In this document: piece by piece, positions 29,184 through 39,159 of the stretch | Layout of the letters: each line of letters opens with the position of its first letter | Numbering within the stretch: position 1 is the stretch's first letter | Assembly (NCBI GenBank): GCA_963805945.1 | Contig: CAWDVP010000003.1 | Span: forward strand, 128,001 to 192,000 | Direction: 5' to 3' | Length of the DNA: 64,000 bases | DNA from: Vulcanimicrobiota bacterium | Lineage (GTDB): Bacteria; Vulcanimicrobiota; Vulcanimicrobiia; Eremiobacterales; Eremiobacteraceae | Notes under the pieces: generated by a model | Told to the model about the DNA's origin: nothing | The model's input: the letters and a program-made list of their open reading frames with translations, nothing else | Databases searched by the model: none | Translations under genes and position numbers: made by a program

Positions 29184-30368
29184 ATGATCGTCCTTGGCCG
29201 GTTCTCCGGCATCGAAATCCGCGCACACTACTCGACGCTGCTCGTCTTCGGTGCGCTGACGAGCATCCTCGCGTACGGCTATTTGCCCGTCGTCACACCT
29301 GCCGCCGGTCCGCTCGAACGCCTGGCCGTGGCCATCATCGTCGTCACGTTTCTCGCAGGCTCGATCGTCGCGCACGAGCTCGGCCATGCCTGGGTCGCGA
29401 CGCGTCGCGGTCTGACCGTCAGCGGCGTCACGCTCTACCTCTTCGGCGGACTCGCGCAGATCAGCGGCAGCAGGTCGACGCCGACCGACGACATCGCGAT
29501 CGGTCTCGCCGGCCCGACGGTGAGCGCGCTCGTCGCCGCCATCTTCCTCGCCGGCGCCGCGGCGCTCATGCCCATCAACAAGCAGACGGCGCTGCTGCTC
29601 TCCGACATCGGCTTCGCGAACGCGCTGCTCTTCATCGTCAACGCGCTGCCCGGCTATCCGATGGACGGCGGCATGGTGCTGCGCGGCTTGATCTGGAAGG
29701 CGAGTGGCAACGTCGTCGCCGCCACACGGCGCGCGACGATGTCGGGCAAACTCTTGGCGTACGCGATCGCCGCCGCCGGCATCTGGATGCTGCTGCGCGG
29801 CGACGTGCTCGAGGGCATGTGGGTCGTCCTCATCGGCTGGCTGCTCGCAGGGCTCGCGGAAGGCGCGTACCGTTCGATCATCGTGCGCATCGCGCTCGAG
29901 GGGCTGCACGCCAAGGATCTCTGCGCGCGCGACCTGCCGTTGCTCCAGACCTCGGATTCGGTCGCGGCCGCGTCGGCGATGTTCGGCGCGGGCGCGTCGT
30001 CGCGCGTGCTCGGCGTGATGTTCGGCGAGCGCTTCGCCGGCTTGGTCAGCGACGTCGACGTCGCACGCGTCGCGCCGGATCAGGCGCAGTCCGTCACGGT
30101 CGCGTCCGTCATGCAGCGCGCCGGCGGCCAGCCGACGCTCGATGCCGAGTGCGATGCGCTCGATCTGCCGCACGCGGCGGCCTTGAGCGCGGCTCGCTGC
30201 GTGGTCGTCGTGGACGAGCGCGGCGACTATCTCGGCATCGTGCGCCAAGAGGACATCGCGCGCTATGTCGACATGATCGAGGCGCTCGCGAACTCGGCCG
30301 AGGTGTCCACGCGCCGGCTCAAACGGCTGTTGCCGAAACGGCCGGTGAATGTGGGGGTCGATCTTTAG
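29184..30368 (+). CDS. Site-2 protease (M50) with CBS domains, SpoIVFB/Rip3-like
   Basis: HELGH, LFGGLA, IGLAGP, NALPGYPMDGG; C-terminal CBS pair. Confidence 0.92.
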   Translation: MIVLGRFSGIEIRAHYSTLLVFGALTSILAYGYLPVVTPAAGPLERLAVAIIVVTFLAGSIVAHELGHAWVATRRGLTVSGVTLYLFGGLAQISGSRSTPTDDIAIGLAGPTVSALVAAIFLAGAAALMPINKQTALLLSDIGFANALLFIVNALPGYPMDGGMVLRGLIWKASGNVVAATRRATMSGKLLAYAIAAAGIWMLLRGDVLEGMWVVLIGWLLAGLAEGAYRSIIVRIALEGLHAKDLCARDLPLLQTSDSVAAASAMFGAGASSRVLGVMFGERFAGLVSDVDVARVAPDQAQSVTVASVMQRAGGQPTLDAECDALDLPHAAALSAARCVVVVDERGDYLGIVRQEDIARYVDMIEALANSAEVSTRRLKRLLPKRPVNVGVDL

Positions 30369-30420
30369 ATCGACCCCATGCGGCGTAGCTAACGGCCGAC
30401 CTAAAGGTCGGCCGCTACAT
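30349..30420. repeat. Inverted REP doublet (REPIN/BIME-like)
   Basis: GGGGTCGATC-TTTA-GATCGACCCC on the + strand and ATGTAG-CGGCCGACC-TTTA-GGTCGGCCG on the - strand, facing each other. Confidence 0.88.
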
Positions 30421-30426
30421 TGGCCG

Positions 30427-30954
30427 TTAACGCGTGATCTCGATCTCCAGCGCGTTGTTCACCCGATTGAAGTAGTTGAACAGACCGATCGAGCAGATGA
30501 TCTCGACGATCTGCGCGTCGCTGTAGTGCCGTCGCAGATCATCCCATAACGGTTGCGCGAGGCCCGTCGCGTCTTTGGTCAGCGCCTCTGCCGCGGCGAG
30601 CGCGGCCTTCTCAGCGTCGTCGAAGCGATCGCTGTTCGCGTAGTCGCGCAGCGCTGCGATCGTCGCGTCATCCGCTCCGGACCGCCTTGCCAAGGCGGTG
30701 TGCGAGGCCATTCAGTATTCGCACGAATTGAGCGTCGACGTAAGCGAGATGCACAACTCCTTGAGCCGCTGCGGCACAGCGCCGTCGCGGGTGACCGCGG
30801 CCATATGCTCCGCCGCGGTGCGCATGATCTCGGGCGAGATCGCGAGCGTGCGGAACATGTTCGGATAGTTGCCGCGCGCCTTGAAGAAGCCCTCGAGCAC
30901 CGGCTTGGCGGCTTCGGGCGCGTCCTTCGGATCGAGAGCGGGAAGTCTGGGCAT
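30427..30954 (-). CDS. AhpD/carboxymuconolactone decarboxylase family peroxidase-related selenoprotein (UGA at 30712-30714 read as Sec)
   Basis: One frame MPRLPALD...KELCISLTSTLNSCEY-TGA-MASH...FNYFNRVNNAL; the UGA occupies the second Cys of the CxxCxxxH motif. Confidence 0.85.
30681..30699 (-). promoter_or_regulatory. Putative bacterial SECIS hairpin
   Basis: ACCGCCTT-GGC-AAGGCGGT, a perfect 8-bp stem beginning 12 nt after the UGA, with G at the start of the loop. Confidence 0.65.
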
Positions 30955-30996
30955 ACAGGAAGCATCCGTTACACCCGGCAACTTCCTCGACCTTCG

Positions 30997-32283
30997 ATGA
31001 AAGCAACGCGCAGTCGCAACGCTGACATGTTCGCACGCGCCGCCGCATCCATCGCGGGTGGGGTCGATTCGCCGGTGCGCGCTGGCGTGCCCATGGGCGG
31101 GCCACCGCCCGTGCTGGAGCGCGCGCAAGGCAGCCGCGTCTACGATGTCGACGGGCGCGAATACATCGATTATGTGTGCGCCTATGGTCCGGTGCTGCTC
31201 GGCCATGCTGACGCGCGCATCACACGCGCGGTGCAGGCCGCGCTCGCTGATGGTGCGGTGTTCGGCGCCACGCACCCGCACGAGGTACGGCTCGCCGAGC
31301 GCATCCGCGGACACATGCCCTCGATGGAGCGGCTGCGTTTCGTCAATACGGGCACCGAGGCGTGCATGAGCGTGATGCGCGTCGCGCGCGCGTTCACGCA
31401 GCGCGAGACGATCGTGCGCTTCGCCGGCAACTATCACGGCCACAGCGACGAGATGATCTTCTCGGCGGGTGCATCGTCGAACTCGGCGCCGACGCTCGCT
31501 TCAGGTGTCACGCGCGCCGTCATCGCGGGCGTCGCGGTCGCGCCGTACAACGATCTCGACGCGGTCGAAGCGCTGCTGCTCGACAGGACCGTGGCCGCGC
31601 TGATCCTCGAGCCGGTCGTCGGCAACATGGGTCTGGTGCTGCCGGGGGACGGATACCTGGCCGGCCTGCGCGCGCTGTGCGATCGCGCCGGCACGCTGCT
31701 CGTGTTCGACGAGGTGATCACCGGCTTTCGGCTCGGCATGGGCGGCGCGCAGGCGCGCTACGGCGTGCGGCCGGATCTCACGTGCATCGGCAAAACGCTG
31801 GGCGGCGGCCTGCCCATCGCGGCCTTCGGCGGCCGTGAAGACGTCATGGCCGCGCTCGCACCGCAAGGCACCGTGTTCCAAGGCGGCACGTTCGCGGGCA
31901 ATCCGGTCTGCGTCGCCGCCGCGCACGCGTTCCTCGACGCGCTCGAGAGCGATCCTCATTTCCACGCTCGGTTGGAGACGCTTGCGCAGCGGCTCGCGCG
32001 CGGGGCGAAGGCAGCGCTTGCGGACGCGCGGCTCGACTATCCGGTCGTACAGCTCGCGTCGATCGTGGATTTCGCGTTTCGCGCCGGCGCACCGCCGCGG
32101 AACTACGCCGAAGCCGCGCAAGCCGACGACGAGGCCTACGCGCGCTACTACTGGGCGATGCTCGAGCGCGGCATCCACCTGCCGCCGTCGAAGATGGAAG
32201 TCATGTTCGTCACCGCCGCGCATACAGAAGAAGATATCGACGTCACGATCGCGGCGATGCGGGAGGCGTTGACGGTCGAATAA
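30997..32283 (+). CDS. hemL: Glutamate-1-semialdehyde 2,1-aminomutase
   Basis: GGVDSPVRA, YGPVLLGH, GTEACM, YHGHSD, FDEVITGFR, GKTLGGGLP, GTFAGNP. Confidence 0.95.
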   Translation: MKATRSRNADMFARAAASIAGGVDSPVRAGVPMGGPPPVLERAQGSRVYDVDGREYIDYVCAYGPVLLGHADARITRAVQAALADGAVFGATHPHEVRLAERIRGHMPSMERLRFVNTGTEACMSVMRVARAFTQRETIVRFAGNYHGHSDEMIFSAGASSNSAPTLASGVTRAVIAGVAVAPYNDLDAVEALLLDRTVAALILEPVVGNMGLVLPGDGYLAGLRALCDRAGTLLVFDEVITGFRLGMGGAQARYGVRPDLTCIGKTLGGGLPIAAFGGREDVMAALAPQGTVFQGGTFAGNPVCVAAAHAFLDALESDPHFHARLETLAQRLARGAKAALADARLDYPVVQLASIVDFAFRAGAPPRNYAEAAQADDEAYARYYWAMLERGIHLPPSKMEVMFVTAAHTEEDIDVTIAAMREALTVE

Positions 32284-32317
32284 ATTCGAGGGTCGACCTA
32301 AAGGTCGACCCCTACAT
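32273..32317 (-). repeat. Composite REP between convergent hemL and the CoA ligase
   Basis: CGGTCGAATAAATTCGA-GGGTCGACC-TAAA-GGTCGACCC-CTACAT. Confidence 0.9.
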
Positions 32318-33902
32318 CCTCCGCGGGAAGGGCGCGCAGCTTGAAGCGCTGGATCTTGCCGGTCGCCGTCTTCGGAAGCTCGTCCAAGAAGTGCACGGCG
32401 CGCGGATACTTGTATTGCGCCAGCTTGCCCTTGACGAAGGTCTGCAGTTCCAACGCGAGTTCGTCCGACGGCGTCTGCCCGCGCCGCAGCACGACATAGG
32501 CGACCGGTTTGATCAGCTCCGTCTCATCGGGCACCCCGACGACGCCGGCTTCGAGCACCGCCGGATGTTCGATGAGCGTGCTCTCGACCTCCACCGGCGA
32601 AACCCACTGGCCGCCTACCTTGAGCATGTCGTCGCTGCGGCCCGCGTACCAGTAGTAGCCGTCCGCGTCCATGCGGTACGTGTCGCCGGTGTCGAGCCAC
32701 TCGCCGAGGAACGTCGCCTTGTTCTTCTCGTGGCGGTTCCAATAGCCGGCCGCGATGCTGTCGCCGGCGATCTGCAGGCGCCCGGTGTCGCCGGCCGGCA
32801 CCGGCTCGCCCGCGGTATCGACGATCCGCGCGTCGTAGCCGGTGACGATCTGGCCCGACGAACCCGGCCGGATCGCGCCGGGCCGGTTGGAGATGAACAT
32901 GTGCGCGGCTTCGGTCGAGCCGATGCCGTCGATGACGTCGAAGCCGAAGGCTTCCTTCCAGCGGCGATAGACGTCCGCGGGCAGCGCTTCGCCGGCCGAC
33001 ACGCCGAACCGGACAGAAGAGAGATCGAAACGCTTGGGTCCGTCAGGGACGTCGAGCATCGCCGCGTACGACGTCGGCACGGCGAAGAAGATGGTCGGCT
33101 TGGTGCGCGCGGCGAGTTCGAGCACGGCCTCGGGCAGTGGGCGCGAGGGATACAGAATCGTGGTGGCCCCGACGCCGAACGGGAAATACAGCGCGTTGCC
33201 CAAGCCATAGGCGAAGAACAGCTTCGCGACTGAGTACGTGCGATCGCGCTCGGTGATGCCGAGCACCTGCGTGCCGAAGGTCTGACAGCAGAACACCATG
33301 TCGTGGTGGAGGTGGATCGTGCCCTTGGGGAAGCCGGTCGTGCCCGAGCTGTAGAGCCAAAAGGCGGCGTCGTCCTTGCTCGTGCCGTACGCGCTGAACT
33401 CGGGTGAGGCCGCAGCCAGCGCCTGGCGGAAGTCGACGACCGGTATCGGCGCGCCGGCCGGCAAGCCGGTGCCGGCGTCATCGACCACAAGCACAGCCTG
33501 CAGGCAGCGCATGTCGGCGAGGATCGGCTCGACCGAAGGCCACAACGACGTCGACACGACGAGCAGCCGCGCGCGACTGTCCTCAAGCATGTAGCGATAA
33601 TCGTGCGGCTTGAGCAGCGTGTTGGTCGGGATGGCGACCGCGCCCAGCTTCATCGCGCCGAAGAAGCAGTAGACGAATTCCGGACTGTCGGGCAGCAGGA
33701 TGGTGACGCGCTGCTCGAGCCCGAGCCCGAGCGAGACGAGCGCGTTGGCGCAGCGGTTGACGCCCGCGAGCACGTCGGCATACGAGAGGCTCTGTTCGCC
33801 GAACTCGACCGCGGTCTTCGCACCGCGCCCGAGCTCGACGTTGCGGTCGACGAAATACTGTGCGGCGTTGAACGTGTCCGGCACGTCCGCGACGGCGGCC
33901 AT
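32298..33902 (-). CDS. Benzoate-CoA ligase family protein
   Basis: FNAA..FVDRN; FWLYSSGTTGFPKG; KLFFAYGLGN; SAGEALP; DGIGSTE..HMFISN; PKTATGKIQR. Confidence 0.92.
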   Translation of the reverse strand: MAAVADVPDTFNAAQYFVDRNVELGRGAKTAVEFGEQSLSYADVLAGVNRCANALVSLGLGLEQRVTILLPDSPEFVYCFFGAMKLGAVAIPTNTLLKPHDYRYMLEDSRARLLVVSTSLWPSVEPILADMRCLQAVLVVDDAGTGLPAGAPIPVVDFRQALAAASPEFSAYGTSKDDAAFWLYSSGTTGFPKGTIHLHHDMVFCCQTFGTQVLGITERDRTYSVAKLFFAYGLGNALYFPFGVGATTILYPSRPLPEAVLELAARTKPTIFFAVPTSYAAMLDVPDGPKRFDLSSVRFGVSAGEALPADVYRRWKEAFGFDVIDGIGSTEAAHMFISNRPGAIRPGSSGQIVTGYDARIVDTAGEPVPAGDTGRLQIAGDSIAAGYWNRHEKNKATFLGEWLDTGDTYRMDADGYYWYAGRSDDMLKVGGQWVSPVEVESTLIEHPAVLEAGVVGVPDETELIKPVAYVVLRRGQTPSDELALELQTFVKGKLAQYKYPRAVHFLDELPKTATGKIQRFKLRALPAEDVGVDL

Positions 33903-34019
33903 ACGGCGTCTCCCTAGAGTCGGCGTGGTGAAGCGGGCTACCCCGCCTGGGAGGTCGCCTCCTTCGCCGCCGCGTAATCTCCACGCCAGCTTTATCCTCG
34001 CCCACGAAAGGCTCAACAG

Positions 34020-35135
34020 ATGCATAGCTATGCTCGTGCGTTTTTCGCGCTTTCCGCCGCAGCGCTGCTCACCGCATCGGCCGGCCCAGCGGCCGCGGCC
34101 GTCAAAGAGGCGACGATCGGCGTCGTCTTCGACCTCACCGGTTCCGCCGGTTCGTACGGCGACGGACAGAAGAACGGACTGCAACTCGGCCAGGACTACG
34201 TCAACAACCACGGCCGCGTGCATCTGACCTTCGACATCCAGGACGGCGCGACGGTTAAATCGCAAGTCGTCAACCTCTTCCAGACCTACGTCTCCGACGG
34301 CAAGGTCGCGGCGATCATAGGGCCGACGCTGTCAAGCGAGGCGTTCGCCGCCGATCCCATCGCGGTGACCGGGAACATGACCGTCATGGGCATCTCGAAC
34401 ACCGCCAACGGCGTCACCGCGCTCGGGCCGTGCGTCTTCAGAAATTCGCTCACCGAGGCCGCGGTGGTGCCACACGCGCTCAAGGCGGTCATCAAGGCCT
34501 ACAACGTCAAGACCGCCGCGATCATCTACGGCAACGACGACGCCTTCACCAAGACCGATTACGAGGTCGCGAAGGCAGCGCTCGACGCGGCGCACATCAA
34601 GATCGTCGCGACCCAGACGTTCAGCAAAGGCGACGTCGACTTCTCGGCGCAGCTCACCAGCATCAAGACCGCGAACGCCGACCTGCTCTTCGTCGGCGCG
34701 CTTGCCGTCGAAGCGGGGCACATCGTCAACGACGCGCACACGCTCGGCATCAAGTCGCATATCGTCGGCGGCAACGGTCTCAACTCGCCGCAGGTCTACA
34801 GCTTGTCCGGCGGCGCGGCCGACGGCGTCGTCGTCGGCGCCGCGTGGTCGGCCGGCGCGCCGACGCCCGGCAACCAGGACTTCGTGTACTCGTATCGGGT
34901 GCGCTATTCGAAGGACCCAGATCAGTTCGCCGCGCAGGCGTTCGCGGGCGCGCAGATCATGGAGCAGGCGCTGGAGAACGCGAAATCCGCTTCGTCGAAA
35001 GACGTCTGCGACGCCATGAAGACCATGAAGCCGCTCAACACGATCCTCGGCGCGTTCTCGTTCGACTCCAATCGCGATGCGATGGGCGAGGGCGTCGTGC
35101 TCATGGTGAAAGGCGGCCGGTTCGTCGGCTTCTAA
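34020..35135 (+). CDS. Branched-chain amino acid type ABC substrate-binding protein
   Basis: Signal peptide; DLTGSAGSYG; IIGPTLS; DFSAQLT.IK; PDQFAAQA. Confidence 0.92.
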   Translation: MHSYARAFFALSAAALLTASAGPAAAAVKEATIGVVFDLTGSAGSYGDGQKNGLQLGQDYVNNHGRVHLTFDIQDGATVKSQVVNLFQTYVSDGKVAAIIGPTLSSEAFAADPIAVTGNMTVMGISNTANGVTALGPCVFRNSLTEAAVVPHALKAVIKAYNVKTAAIIYGNDDAFTKTDYEVAKAALDAAHIKIVATQTFSKGDVDFSAQLTSIKTANADLLFVGALAVEAGHIVNDAHTLGIKSHIVGGNGLNSPQVYSLSGGAADGVVVGAAWSAGAPTPGNQDFVYSYRVRYSKDPDQFAAQAFAGAQIMEQALENAKSASSKDVCDAMKTMKPLNTILGAFSFDSNRDAMGEGVVLMVKGGRFVGF

Positions 35136-35175
35136 CACCCGCGCAGCGCACAGCGCGAGGAGCGCAGCGTAAGCG

Positions 35176-36054
35176 ATGCTGATCCAGCAGATCGTCAACG
35201 GCCTGTTCATCGGCAGCGTCTACGCGCTCTTCGCGCTCGGGTACACCCTCATCTTCGGCGTGCTCGACATCCTCAATCTGGCGCACGCCTCCATCTTCAT
35301 GCTCGGCGCCTTCGTGACGCTTGTGCTCGTGCTCAAGGGCACGCCGCTGTGGCTCGCGGTGCTCGGGGGCGCCCTTGCGGGCGGCTTGCTCGGCGTGCTG
35401 CTCGACCGCGTCGCGTTCTATCCGCTGCGCCGTCGCGCCGCCGGTCCGCTCGCGCCGCTCATCTCGAGCATCGCGGTGAGCATCATCTACGTCGCCGCCG
35501 CGAACGGCTACTTCGGGCCGGACGTGCGGCACTACCCGTTCGAGATCGTGCGCACGCCGGTCATCACGCTCGGCCCCGCCACCTTCACCGTGTTGCAGCT
35601 GACGATCTTCCTCGCGAGCATCGCGCTCATGATCGGCCTTCAGCTCTTGCTCAGACGGAGCCGGCTCGGCGCGGCGATCCGCGCGGTCGCCGAGAACCCG
35701 CGCGCGGCGCAGCTCATGGGCATCGATCTCGAGGCGGTCTACGCCCAGACGTTCTTCATCGCGTCGGCGCTCGGCGCGGTCGCGGGCATCCTGTTCTCGC
35801 TCAACTTCAACGCGGTGAGCTCGAACATGGGCTCGACCGTCGAGCTCAAGGGGCTCGCGGTCATCATCCTCGGCGGCATGGGCTCGATCCCCGGCTCGCT
35901 GCTGGGCGGATTGCTCATCGGCCTCTCGGAGGTGTTCGCGGTCGGCTATCTCTCGTCGGGCTATCGCGACGCGATCGTCTTCGCGATCCTCTTCCTCATG
36001 CTGATCGTGCGGCCGAGCGGCCTGCTCGGCAGACGTAGCCTGCGCGCGGCGTAG
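35176..36054 (+). CDS. livH: Liv-type ABC permease
   Basis: QQIVNGL..GSVYAL.ALGYTL; G.AIRAVAEN; LGGMGSIPG. Confidence 0.9.
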   Translation: MLIQQIVNGLFIGSVYALFALGYTLIFGVLDILNLAHASIFMLGAFVTLVLVLKGTPLWLAVLGGALAGGLLGVLLDRVAFYPLRRRAAGPLAPLISSIAVSIIYVAAANGYFGPDVRHYPFEIVRTPVITLGPATFTVLQLTIFLASIALMIGLQLLLRRSRLGAAIRAVAENPRAAQLMGIDLEAVYAQTFFIASALGAVAGILFSLNFNAVSSNMGSTVELKGLAVIILGGMGSIPGSLLGGLLIGLSEVFAVGYLSSGYRDAIVFAILFLMLIVRPSGLLGRRSLRAA

Positions 36055-36057
36055 CCC

Positions 36058-36903
36058 GTGCACGCGCTCGCGGCGTTCTATGCCGCGCACTCCAACCTCC
36101 TCAATCAGATCGGCATCGACGCGCTGCTCGCGCTGTCGATCTGGGTGACGCTCGCGTGCGGCCAGCTGTCGCTCGGCAATGTCGGCTTCATGGCGATCGC
36201 CGCGTACACGTCGGTGTTGCTGGTGATGCGCGGGCATTGGCCGTTCGTGCCTGCGGTGCTGGCCGGCTCGTCGCTCGCCGCGCTCGCGGGGCTCGCGCTC
36301 GGCTGGCCCGTGCTGCGGCTGCGCGGCGTGTTCCTCGCGATCGCGACCATCGGCTTCGGCGAGATCGTGCGCGTCTTCGCGGTGAACATGAAGATCACAG
36401 GCGGTGCGGAGGGCATCGCGGGCATTCCGCCCCTCACCACGACGCTCGGCATCTACGTCTCGCTGGCGCTGGCGGCGTTCTTGCTGTGGCGGCTCTCGCT
36501 CTCGCGCGCGGGGCGCGCGTTCGCGGCGATCGCGCAGGACGAGGTGGCGGCGGCGGGGCTGGGCATCAACACCGCGCGCTACAAGCTGGTCGCGTTCGTC
36601 ATCGGCGCGTTCATCGCCGGCTACGCCGGCGCGCTCTCCTCGTTTTCGACCTACTTCATCAGCCCGTCGGACTTCGGTTTCTCCAAGGCGATCGACATGC
36701 TCGCCTACGCGGTGGCCGGCGGCATCGGCTCGGTGGCAGGCCCTATCCTCGGCGCGGCGGTGCTCGCGTTGCTGCCCGAGGTGCTGCGCTTCGTGCGCGA
36801 CTATCGCGACGTGGCGAACGGCGTCATCTTGCTGCTCATCATCATCTTCTTGCCGCAAGGCCTCATCTCGCTCGGCCGGCGCGGACGGAGCACGACTGCA
36901 TGA
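36058..36903 (+). CDS. livM: Liv-type ABC permease
   Basis: GQLSLG; LRLRGVFLAIATIGFGEI; GGIGS..GP.LGA. Confidence 0.9.
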   Translation: MHALAAFYAAHSNLLNQIGIDALLALSIWVTLACGQLSLGNVGFMAIAAYTSVLLVMRGHWPFVPAVLAGSSLAALAGLALGWPVLRLRGVFLAIATIGFGEIVRVFAVNMKITGGAEGIAGIPPLTTTLGIYVSLALAAFLLWRLSLSRAGRAFAAIAQDEVAAAGLGINTARYKLVAFVIGAFIAGYAGALSSFSTYFISPSDFGFSKAIDMLAYAVAGGIGSVAGPILGAAVLALLPEVLRFVRDYRDVANGVILLLIIIFLPQGLISLGRRGRSTTA

Positions 36904-37664
36904 TCTCCCTGACCGCGGTGTCGAAGGACTACGGCGGCGTACGCGCGGTCTGCGGGCTGACGCTGCAGGTGCCGGAGCGCACGCTGTTCGGCTTGATCGG
37001 GCCGAACGGCGCCGGCAAGACGACCGTCATCAACCTCATGAGCGGGATCACCGCGCCGAGCAGCGGCACGATCGCGCTCGGCGAGCGGCGCATCGACGGC
37101 CTGCCGCCGCACGCGATCGCGGCGCTCGGCATCGCGCGCACCTATCAGACCGCGCGCTTGTTCGCGCACATGAGCGCGCTCGACAACGTCGTGACCGGCA
37201 TGCACCTGCAGGCGGACGATGCGGTCCTGGGCCAACTGGTGTGCTGGCCGCCGACGACGCGCCGCTACCGCGCCCTGCGCGCGCAGGCGCTCTCGATCCT
37301 CGACGCTCTCGGCCTCGCGGATCGCGCGGCCATACCAGCGCGCGAACTCGCGATGGGCGAACAGCGCCGCGTCGAATTGGCGCGCGCGATCGCCGCCGGT
37401 CCCAGCGTCCTGCTGCTCGACGAGCCTGCCGCCGGTCTGAATCCCGTGGAGACCGAGCGTCTGCGCGACGAGATCATCTCTCTGGTGCGCACGCGTGGCA
37501 TGAGCGTGCTGCTGGTCGAGCACGACATCGCGCTCGTGATGTCGGCGTGCGACCGCATCGCCGTGCTCGACTTCGGCGTGAAGATCGCCGAAGGCGCGCC
37601 GGCGCAGGTGCGCAACGACCCCAAGGTGATCGAGGCGTACCTCGGCGTCGAGGAGCTCGCATGA
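36900..37664 (+). CDS. livG: Liv-type ABC ATP-binding protein
   Basis: GPNGAGKT; GIARTYQ; LLLDEPAAG; VEHD; P.VIEAYLG. Confidence 0.92.
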   Translation: MISLTAVSKDYGGVRAVCGLTLQVPERTLFGLIGPNGAGKTTVINLMSGITAPSSGTIALGERRIDGLPPHAIAALGIARTYQTARLFAHMSALDNVVTGMHLQADDAVLGQLVCWPPTTRRYRALRAQALSILDALGLADRAAIPARELAMGEQRRVELARAIAAGPSVLLLDEPAAGLNPVETERLRDEIISLVRTRGMSVLLVEHDIALVMSACDRIAVLDFGVKIAEGAPAQVRNDPKVIEAYLGVEELA

Positions 37665-38407
37665 GGGCGCTGCCGCAGAGCTCGCCGCAGTCCGACGCGC
37701 TGCTCGACGTGCGCGACGTCCACGCGGCATACGGTCGGGTCGAAGTGCTGCGCGGAGTGAGCCTACGGCTGCAGCCGGGCCGCGTCGCGACGATCATCGG
37801 CGCCAACGGGGCCGGCAAGACGACGCTGCTGCTGACGATCTCCGGCCTGCTACGGCCGACGTCGGGCGCGGTGACGTTCCAGGGCGCGCGCATCGACGGA
37901 CGTGCGCCGCACGCCATCGTCCGCAGCGGCGTGGTGCAGGTCGCTGAAGGCCGCGCGATCCTGGCGCAGATGAGCGTGCGCGAGAACCTCGAGCTCGGCG
38001 CGTGGACGCGCAGCGACCGCGCGGATATCGCGGCGGACCGCGAGGCGATGTTCGAACGCTTCCCGATCCTGCGCGCGCGCGCGGAGGTCACGGCCGGCTC
38101 GCTCTCCGGCGGCGAGCAGCAAATGCTCGCCATCGCGCGCGGGCTGATGGCGCGGCCGCGCCTGCTCATGCTCGACGAACCGTCGACCGGTCTTGCGCCG
38201 GCGCTCGTCGCGCAGGTCTTCGGCATCGTGCGGCGGCTGCGCGAAGAGGGTCTGTCGATTCTGCTCGTCGAGCAGAACGCCAGGCAAGCGCTCGCGAGCA
38301 GCGACTATGCCTACGTGCTCGAGCGCGGCGCGGTCGTCGCGGAAGGGCCGTCGCAGGACCTGGCGCGCGACCCTGCGGTGATCGCGGCCTACCTCGGCGG
38401 GGCATAG
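37661..38407 (+). CDS. livF: Liv-type ABC ATP-binding protein
   Basis: GANGAGKT; LSGGEQQMLAIAR; LDEPS.GLAP; LLVEQN. Confidence 0.92.
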   Translation: MRALPQSSPQSDALLDVRDVHAAYGRVEVLRGVSLRLQPGRVATIIGANGAGKTTLLLTISGLLRPTSGAVTFQGARIDGRAPHAIVRSGVVQVAEGRAILAQMSVRENLELGAWTRSDRADIAADREAMFERFPILRARAEVTAGSLSGGEQQMLAIARGLMARPRLLMLDEPSTGLAPALVAQVFGIVRRLREEGLSILLVEQNARQALASSDYAYVLERGAVVAEGPSQDLARDPAVIAAYLGGA

Positions 38408-38469
38408 ATGCCGCGACTCATGCGCATCAGCCCAGGCCTTTCTCAGAAAGAACCGATACTCTAAACACG

Positions 38470-39159
38470 GTGAATACAAGCACAAAAGTCGCCGTCATCG
38501 ACGATGAGCGGCACGTCCGGGAGATGCTCGAACTCGGTTTGGCGCGCGAAGGCTACGACGTGCGTTCGGCCGCCGACGGCGCGCAGGCGCTCGAGCTCAT
38601 CGGCGGCTGGCAGCCCGACATCATCATCCTCGACGTCATGCTGCCGAAGATCGATGGTTTCACGCTGCTGCCGATGCTGCGCAAGAAGACCGAAGCGCCG
38701 ATCATCATGTTGACCGCCAAAGGCGATATCCCCGATAAAGTCGTCGCGCTCGATCGCGGTGCCGACGACTATCTGGCCAAGCCGTTCGCCTTCGAAGAGC
38801 TGCTCGCGCGTCTCGGCGCCGCGCTGCGCCGGCCCAAACTCGCCAGCGCCGAGGAGCTGCGCTTCGACGATCTCACCGTCAACATCGAGATGCATGAGGT
38901 CACCCGCGGTGGCCGCCGCATCGGGCTGACGCCGCGCGAATTCGATCTGCTCGTCGCGCTCATCCGCGTGCCGCGGCGCGTCCTCACCAAGGAGCAGCTG
39001 CTCGAACAGGTCTGGGGTCACGACTTCGAGGGCGAGCTCGGCATCGTCGAGACCTACATCTCCTACCTGCGCGCGAAGATCGACGAAGGCTCGTCGAAGA
39101 GGATCATCCACACGGTGCGCGGCGTCGGCTACGCGCTGCGCGAAGACGGCTTGCCGTGA
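38470..39159 (+). CDS. OmpR/MprA-family response regulator
   Basis: VIDDE; ILDVMLP; MLTA; GADDYLAKPF; wHTH ending IHTVRGVGY. Confidence 0.94.
   Translation: MNTSTKVAVIDDERHVREMLELGLAREGYDVRSAADGAQALELIGGWQPDIIILDVMLPKIDGFTLLPMLRKKTEAPIIMLTAKGDIPDKVVALDRGADDYLAKPFAFEELLARLGAALRRPKLASAEELRFDDLTVNIEMHEVTRGGRRIGLTPREFDLLVALIRVPRRVLTKEQLLEQVWGHDFEGELGIVETYISYLRAKIDEGSSKRIIHTVRGVGYALREDGLP

Noticed and set aside
35136..35175. GCGCAGCG direct repeat between the SBP gene and livH
   Set aside because: Short, low-complexity and overlapping the GAGGAG RBS; no second copy seen in the window.
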